Shown: positions 1 through 9,000 of the stretch, piece after piece
How the letters are laid out: each line of letters begins with the position of its first letter
Numbering within the stretch: position 1 is the first letter of the stretch
NCBI GenBank assembly: GCA_038745065.1
Contig: JBCDLT010000032.1
Span: 1,225-65,224, forward strand
Source of the DNA: Pseudomonadota bacterium
GTDB taxonomy: Bacteria > Pseudomonadota > Alphaproteobacteria > Rhizobiales > JANQQB01
DNA: 64,000 bases
Reading direction: 5' to 3'
Program-made: the position numbers and the translations under genes
The notes under the pieces: model-generated
What the model was told of the DNA's origin: nothing
Seen by the model: the letters and a program-made list of their open reading frames with translations, nothing else
Databases searched by the model: none

Positions 1-3000
1 GTCGATTATGGGGAAACATCACTTCATAGCGGTGTCATCAAGCTGTCTCTGGGTATTCTCCGAGACGCTTTACAAGACACTGGAACCATTGACGCAATCA
101 AGGAAAATTTAGGTAGCAATTTACAGCTTGGAGAGGATGTATCGACTGTCAATTTTGTCGGCGGTGACGCCGAAGGAAAGCCATTTTCTGATCGCGTCGT
201 AATTGATTTAGAAGCGCTCGAAGCAACAGAGAATTCCCATGAAAGCCACCTTGTACAATTTGGGAATACAAAATCACATTTTGGATTTATAGATATCAAT
301 AAAGAGATATGGAATTCTATACAAGAATCTATAGGGGAGGTTAACTCCTCAACCAGTCAAGAAGTAGAGGGAATATTGGGAGTTTCGCATACGGAAATTA
401 ATCTTGGAAAAGAGCTTCTAAAACCTTGGGAGATATTGGTTGTCCATGGAGGCAACGATTCGGATGGATTGATCAACTTCATGCCCAATGAGTCTTCGGG
501 GCTCTCGCGAGATCACTCTGACTTGTCCCACGCCGTGTTTGGGGGTGATGGGAAGAATACGATCAAAGGCTCAACAACCGGTGATTACCTCATGGGTGGA
601 GAATCCGGCGACGTGCTGTCGGGAGCCGAAGGCAACGACACGTTGATTGGCGGGGGCGGCGAGGATTCACTTGTAGGTGGAGCCGGAAATGACACTCTGC
701 TCGGCGGTGCTGGAAAGGCTGACATCGCGGTTTATGAGCATACGGATTCCGGACAGACGCCCGGTAGCGGCATTGCAGCGTCCATCACATTGAATTCTGA
801 AACAGATGCAACGGTTATTTCGGTTACTGACGATGGCTTCGGTTCCGCTGATCGTCTAATCGCTATCGAACACATTGAAGGCACGTCGAAGTCAGATTAC
901 TTCGAGTTCAAAGACTTTGCTGTCTCTGATGTTAACAAGATCAACGTATCGGTTTTCGCGGATCCAGCGGCAGGTGGTACTTCGGCCTCAGATGTGCACG
1001 ACATCGCAGATTTTGTTGCGCTATCTGGCCCCGGCAAGCTCACGGCGATCGAGCGTGAAGATGAAGATGGCAGGACGTATATCGCTGTCGATGGATCGGG
1101 CATTCGTCTCTACGATTTCGAAGAGATAATTGGGACGCATGGCGAAGATCTCCTCGAAGAAAGCAGCACAATAAAACGCGCCTATGGAGGTGGTGGCGAC
1201 GACGTCCTGAAAGGTGGCAAAAACATAGAGTTGCTCGACGGCGGCGCCGGCAACGACGTACTGTACGGCACCGCAGCCTACCTTTACGGCGGCGCCGGCA
1301 ACGATGTGCTGTACGGTGCCGGAGCCCACCTCTATGGCGGCGGGGACGAAGCCGACGCCTATGTCGGCGGTGCCGGCACCCACATCATGGACGCCGACAA
1401 CAACGATCACGTCTATTGGGGTGGGATGCGGCTGACCGGCGGCAGCCAGGAATGGTGGAACGAGGGTGCTTATGCCTATTGGACGCCGGCCTCGACCATT
1501 TTCACCGCGGTTCCCGGTCTCGTTAGCGGCCTGCTTGGCACGATCTTCATGCTGGAGGTCGAAACCGTCTACATGCATGCCTACCGCTACGGGCTGACCG
1601 TAGCCGGCCAATTGGTCGTTGAGTTCGGCCGAAAGGGCGGCGAGCAGCAAATGGTGATCGAGGATTACGACCTCGATCTGGCAAGCGGTACGGCGACCGG
1701 CGGTCTGGTCGTCTACAAACAGGAATACGTCGAAAACGCAACGCTCGCTGACCTGGAAGACTTCATCAACCTCGCCTTCTACGTCGCCTACGGCTCCGGC
1801 ATCGAAGGCCGTGACCCGCTCGTGCTCGACCTCGACGGCGACGGGCTGGAACTGACCTCGCTCGGCCAGAGCTCCGTGCATTTCGAACTCGACGGCGACG
1901 GGTTTGCCGAACGCACCGCCTGGGTGCGCTCCGATGACGGGTTCCTGGCGATCGACGACAATGGAAACGGCACGATCGACGATCTCGGCGAATTGTTCGG
2001 CGATGCGACGACCGACGGCTTTACCGAACTTGCCGGCCTCGACAGCAATGCCGACGGCGTCATCGACGCGCTCGATGCGCGGTTTGCCGACCTGCTCGTC
2101 TGGCGCGATCTGAACCGCAATGGCATCAGCGAAACCGATGAACTGATGACGCTGACGGAGGCGGGCATAACCAGCCTGTCGCTCACCACCCGCACGCCGA
2201 CCGTGACCGATGTGCGCGGCAACGAGGTGCGCGCCGAGGCCGACATCACCTTTGCCGACGGCCGCCAGTCGACGATCTCCGACGTCGTGCTCGTCTCCGA
2301 CCAGACCGATACGGCCTATATGGGCGACGCCACCGTGTCGGCCGCTGCCGCGCTTTTGCCGAACCTGCGCGGCTATGGCGAGATCACCGATCTGCACGTG
2401 GCGATGACAACTAATGCGGGATTGCTGGCAGCCGTTGAAACCTTTGCTGCTAAAATCGCCACGACCGACCTGACCACCTATCATACCGACGTCATTGACA
2501 TCCTGTTCCGCTGGGCCGGTGTCGACGCCATGACGCCGACGACGCTCGGCACCGGCCTCGACACCCAGATGCTCGCTTTCGTCGAAAAATATTCCGGCTA
2601 CCAGGTGATGGACCGGGACGGTAACGGCGATCCGATCGCCAACAATGTCGACGAAGTGCTCGACATCTGGAACGAGACGCTGCAGGAGGTGACGCTGCGG
2701 CTGGCCGTGCAGGGGCCGCTCTCAAGCACCTTTGCCGGCGTCGAGTTCCAGCCCGGGCGCGACGGCTTCAAGGCGAGCGGACCGCAGAGCCTCGCCGACC
2801 TCTACCAATCCGTACTGGCGGGCCTGTCGGCCGATCCGGCAACCGCGCTCGCCGAATGGACCAATGACTGGGTGCCGCTCCTCACCGAATTCGGCGCCAC
2901 GTTCCTGCGCCATGACGGCAACCGGCTGAAGGTCGATTTTGAGGTGGCGAGCCTGGTCCGCGCCCATGACGCGGCCGCGCCGTCGCTTGCGCTCGGCGAC

Positions 3001-6000
3001 GCGATCACCGCGCTCGGCCATTCCGACGTCTTCCTCGGCACGAGCGGCGACGACCTGATGGAACGCCAGTCGACCGCGCGCACCAGCGTCTATATCGGAC
3101 TGGAAGGCAACGACACGCTTATCGGCGGCACCAACCAGGATGTCTATGTCTTCGGCGCCGGCTTCGGTCAGGACGTGATCGAGGACCAGGAAGCCGGCGG
3201 CGGCATGAGCGGCGACCGCATCCGCTTCACCACCTTGAGCGCCTCGGAAGTGACCCTGTCGCATGTCGGCGACGACCTCGTCATTGCGGTCAACGGCACC
3301 AGCGACCTCATCACCGTCAAAAACCATTTCAGTGCGCCGACCATCACCGCGCTCGGCCAGATCACCTCGGCCAATTGGGGCATCGAGGAAATCCAGTTCG
3401 CCGACGGCACGATCATGGAATCGACGGATTTCGCCGAGGCCGTCGGCACCGGCACGTCGGCGTCGGAAGTGATCACCGGCTCCGGCCGCGACGACCAGAT
3501 CACCGGCCTGGAAGGCGACGACACGCTGCGCGGCGGCAATAACGGCGACATCTATTATTTCAGCCGCGGCCACGGCAACGACGTCATCGAGGACAGGATG
3601 ACGAACACGTTGCTGTCCATGCCGGACGCGCTGATCTTCGAGGGCGGTATTTCCGAGGACGACCTGACGTTTGCGCGCGACGGTAACGACCTGATCATGA
3701 TGCTCGACGACGGCACCGGCAGCGTGCGCGTCAAGGACCAGTTCTATTACACGCCGCTCGGCTTCCAGAACAAATACGCGCTCGACTACCGGGTGGATTC
3801 CGTCTTTTTCACCACCGGCATGCCGCTCACCTGGCGCCAGATCCAGCAAAAGCTGATCGACGAGGCGACGACAGCCGGCGACGACCACATCCTCGGCTTC
3901 GGCACCGCGGATACGTTTTCCGCCAGCGCCGGCAACGACACCCTGTCCGGCGGCGACGGCGGCGACACCTATCATTTCGGCTATGGCAGCGGCACCGACG
4001 TCATCCAGGACCACCAGAGCACTGTCGAGTTCAACCTGATCCCCGGCATCGAGACGTTCGGCTTTGCCGACCCGGACGAACTGATTTTCGGCCCCGGCAT
4101 CACGGCCGCCAATGTCACCTATACACGGCACGGCTATGCGCCGGACCTTTTGGTCAGCCTAGACGGCACCAACGACCACCTGACCCTGAAGGGCTTTTTC
4201 ACCGCGACCTATACCTGGGTGTTCGGCACCCAATGGTTCAACCAGGTCGAGACCTTCACGTTCTCAGACGGTACCCAGCACACCGTCACCGACATCGTCA
4301 CGGAACTGCTTGCCGCGGCCTCGACCGACGGCGACGATGAAATCTACGGCTTTTCCCTGGAAGACACGCTCGACGGCGGCGCCGGCGACGATTACCTGTC
4401 CGGCGGCAACGAAAACGATACCTATATTTTCGATGCCGGCTACGGCAACGACACAATCTTCGATCACCTCGGCAACATCCTGTCCGGCAACGACGACAGG
4501 GTGGTGTTCGGCTCCGGCATCGATGCCGCCACGACGCGTTTTGCCCGCAATGCCGACGGCAATCTGGAAATCACCTTCGACGGGCTCACCGACAGCCTGA
4601 CGATCGAGGGCCAGTTCAAATTCGTCGAGACGGCGGCCTTCGGCACCCGCAATTTCGGCCTGATCGAAAGCTTCGAATTCCACGACGGCACGACGATCGG
4701 CTGGTCGGCGATCGAGGCCTCGATCGTCGCTTCCCTGAAGACCGACGGCAACGACCTGATCGAGGGCTTCCATTTCGGCGACACGCTCGACGGCGGCCTC
4801 GGCGACGACACGCTGATCGGCGGCAACGGGTCCGACACCTATATCTACCGGTCCGGCGACGGCAACGACTATATCGACGACCGGCTCGGCAACATCCTGA
4901 CCGGCACCACCGACGTTCTCGACTTCGTCGACCTCGATTCGACCGACGTCACGTTCGGGCGCGCCGGCGCCAGCCACGCGCTGACGATCACGGTCGCGCC
5001 GACCGGCCACACGATCACCGTCGACACCATGTTCCCGGACTACAACATCGCGCGTTATTTCTATGCGCTCGACGAGTTCCGCTTCGCCGACGGCGTGACC
5101 TATACGCGCCAACAGATCATGGACATGCTGCTCGCCGCCGCGACGACGGCCGGTAACGACACGATCTACGGCTATCACGACGACGAGACGATCGACGGCG
5201 GCGCCGGCGACGACCTGCTGAACGGCCTGTCCGGCCAGGACACCTATATCTGGGGCGTCGGCTCCGGCAACGACATCATCGACGACCAGTCGTCCTATGT
5301 GCGCGACGACAACATCGTCGAGTTTACCGGATCGCTCACGGCGGCCGATCTGAGCTTTGCCGTCGTGCCGGGCACCACGGACCTGGTGATCACCATCGTC
5401 GCCACCGGCGAGACGCTGACCGTGCGCGAGGCGTTTACCATCCATCCATTCGGCTATCTCGCCGGCAGCGTGCACACCTATCGCTTTACCGACGGATCGA
5501 GCCTGACCTACGAAGACATCGGCCAGATGATCCTCGACGGTTCGGTCACGGCCGGCGACGATACGCTGAACGGTTTTGCTTTCGACGAAACCTTCGACGG
5601 CGGCGCCGGCAACGATCTTCTGCAGGGCGGGGCGGGCAGCGACACCTACAAATTCGGCACAGGCTCCGGGCAAGACACGATCGAGGATTCCGCGGCGCGG
5701 CTTTTCGTACAGACCGACCGCATCGAAATCACCGGCGGGCTCGGCGAGGCCGATGTCACGTTTTCCCGCGACGGCGACGACATGCTGATCGCCATCGACG
5801 GCACGACGGACCTGTTGCGCGTGATCGGCCAGTTCGGTTCGGACGGCTTCCGCCAGATCGAGGAGGTCGTCTTCGACGATGGCACCGTGCTGACGGCGGA
5901 GGATCTGGCCACCGCGCTCGCCGGGCAGATCGGCACAGAAGGCGCCGACACGCTTGTCGGATCCGGCATCGCGGACGTGTTGTCCGGGCTCGGCGGCAAC

Positions 6001-9000
6001 GATTCCATCACCGGCAACGATGCCGACGATTTCCTTTATGGCGGCGCCGGCGACGACACGCTGGAAGGCGGCGGGGAGGACGATGTGCTCGCCGGCGGCA
6101 CCGGCAACGACACGCTGACGGGCAATAACGGCTCCGACACCTACATCTTTACCCGCGGCGACGGCCAGGACGTCATCCAGGACACCACAAGCGCCTATTT
6201 CCTGACCTATACGGACCGGGTGGAGATCCGCGGCTACCAGGCCGCCGACGTGAGCCTGGCGCGCGCCGCGCCCGACAGCAAAGACCTGATCATCACCTTT
6301 GCCGGCACCACCGACCAGGTGACGCTCATCGGCGGCTTCTCCGATGCCGGCTATGACGACATCGAGGAAATCGCGATCGTCTTCGAGACCACCGCGCCGG
6401 ACGGTTCGCCGCTGGTCGAGGAAACGGTGTGGGACAAGCCCGCGATCCGCGCGATGATCTACGGCGATGCCTCGACGGACGGTGCCGACCACCTTGTCGG
6501 CCTCAGCGGCGACGACAGCCTGTCGAGCGGCGCCGGCGACGATTTGGTCGTCGGGGCCTACGGCGACGACACGCTGGAGGGCGGCACCGGCAACGACACG
6601 CTGCAGGGGGACGACGGGTCCGACACCTATGTCTTTCGCAAGGGCGACGGCCAGGATGTCATCATCGACGACACCCACAATTATTTCCTGACCTATATGG
6701 ACCGGATCGAAATCCACGGCTACCAGCCCGATGACATCACGATCGCGCGGCCGACGCCGGACAGCGAGGATCTGGTCATCACCTTCCTCGGCACGGATGA
6801 TCGCATCACCGCCATTCGCGGTTTCACCGATGCCGGTTACGACGACATCGAGGAGATCGCCGTCTTCACCGAGATCGAAGGCGAGGGCGGTGCCACGATC
6901 GTCCAGGAGACGGTCTGGACCAAGACGCAGATCCGCGAGCGGATTTACCAGGAGGCGATGACCGGTGCAGCCGACCGGATCGTTGGCATTGACGGGGACG
7001 ACAGCCTGGCCGGCGGTGCCGGCAACGACACGCTCGTCGGCAATTACGGCGACGACACGTTGGAAGGCGGCACCGGCAACGACAGCTTGCAGGGCGACGA
7101 CGGGTCCGACACCTACGTCTTCCGCAGGGGCGACGGCCAGGATGTCATCAAGGACGACAGCCACAATTATTTCCTGACCCATACGGACCGATTGGAGATC
7201 CATGGTTATCAGGCCGCCGACGTGACCCTGTCGCGCGCCGCGCCCGACAGCAACGATCTCATCGTCACCTTCACAGGCACGACGGACCAGGTGACGCTCG
7301 TCGGTGGATTCTCCGATGCCGGTTACGATGACATCGAGGAAATCGCGATCGTTTACGAGACGAACGCGCCGGACGGCACGCCGCTGGTCGAAGAGACCGT
7401 GTGGGACAAAGCGGCGATCCGGGCGATCATATTCGGTGGTGCCTCGACGGATGGCAACGACACGATCTACGGACTGAGCGGTGACGACAGCCTCGCCGCC
7501 GGTGCCGGCGACGACACCCTGATCGGAGCCTATGGCGACGACACGCTGGAAGGCGGCACCGGTAACGACAGCTTACAGGGCGATGACGGGTCGGACCTTT
7601 ACATCTTCAATCGCGGCGACGGCCAGGACGTCATCCACGACGATTCCTTCAATGCGTTCCTGAGCCATACCGACCGGGTGGAAATCCGTGGCTACCAGGC
7701 CGCCGACGTTACCCTGTCGCGGTCGGCACCCGACAGCAACGACCTCATCATCACCTTTGCCGGCACGACGGACCAGATCACCCTTGTCGGCGGCTTTTCC
7801 GATGTCGGCAATGACGACATCGAGGAAATCGCGATTGTCTTTGAGACCACCGCGCCGGACGGCACGCCTTTGGTCGAGGAGACCGTTTGGGACAAGGCCG
7901 CGATCCGGGCGATCATCTACGGTGCGGCGTCGACCGACGGAAACGATCATATCGTCGGCCTGACCGGCGATGACAGTCTGTCCGCCGGCGCCGGCGACGA
8001 TCTGCTGGTGGGCGATTACGGCGACGACACGCTCGAAGGCGGCACGGGCAATGACACGCTGCAGGGCGACGACGGCTCGGATCTCTACATCTTCACCCGC
8101 GGCGACGGCCAGGACGTCATCCGGGAAGATTCCTTCGGCGATTGGTCGAGCTATGTCGACCGGCTCGAAATCCGCGGCTACCTGCCGTCCGAGGTCACGC
8201 TGGCGCGGGCCGGGACCGAGAACATGGACCTTGTCCTGACCTTTGCCGGGACGACCGACAGTCTGACCCTTCTCGACCATCTCCGAGACGACGGCCACAG
8301 CGACATCGAAGAGATCGTCTTCGACGACGGCACGATCTGGACGGTGAGCAGTGCCCGGGCAACACTCGTCGCCCAGGAGGCGACCACGGGCAACGATTCG
8401 GTAACCGGGTTCGACGGCATCGATACGCTGGAAGGCGGTCTCGGGGACGACACGCTCACCGGGCGCGATGAGAGCGACGATTACATCTTCACCCGCGGCG
8501 ACGGGTCGGACACGATCTGGGACAAGGGCTGGGACGATACCGACCGGCTCCTGATCCATTCCTATCAGGCCTCCGAGATCACCTTTGCGCGCAGCGTGCA
8601 GAACGCGGCGGACCTCGTCCTGACATTCACCGGCACCAGCGACCGGATCGTGATCCAGAACACGCTGAACGAGGACCGGGCCGACCACATCGAACAGATC
8701 GTGCTCGACGACGGCACGACCTATACGATCACCGACATCAATGCGATCCTTGACCAGGCCGGCGCGCTCAGCGACAGCCTGACCGGCACCGCAGGTGACG
8801 ACACGCTGAGCGGCCAGGACGGGGACGATACGCTGAGCGGCCTTGCCGGCGCGGATACGCTCGATGGCGGCCAGCATGACGACCTCCTCATCGGCGGTCT
8901 CGGCGCCGACAGTCTGCTCGGCGGCGCCGGCGGCGATACCTATCAATATGCGTCCGGCGACGGCTCGGACATCGTCAACGACACCGATGGGTCGCTGATA

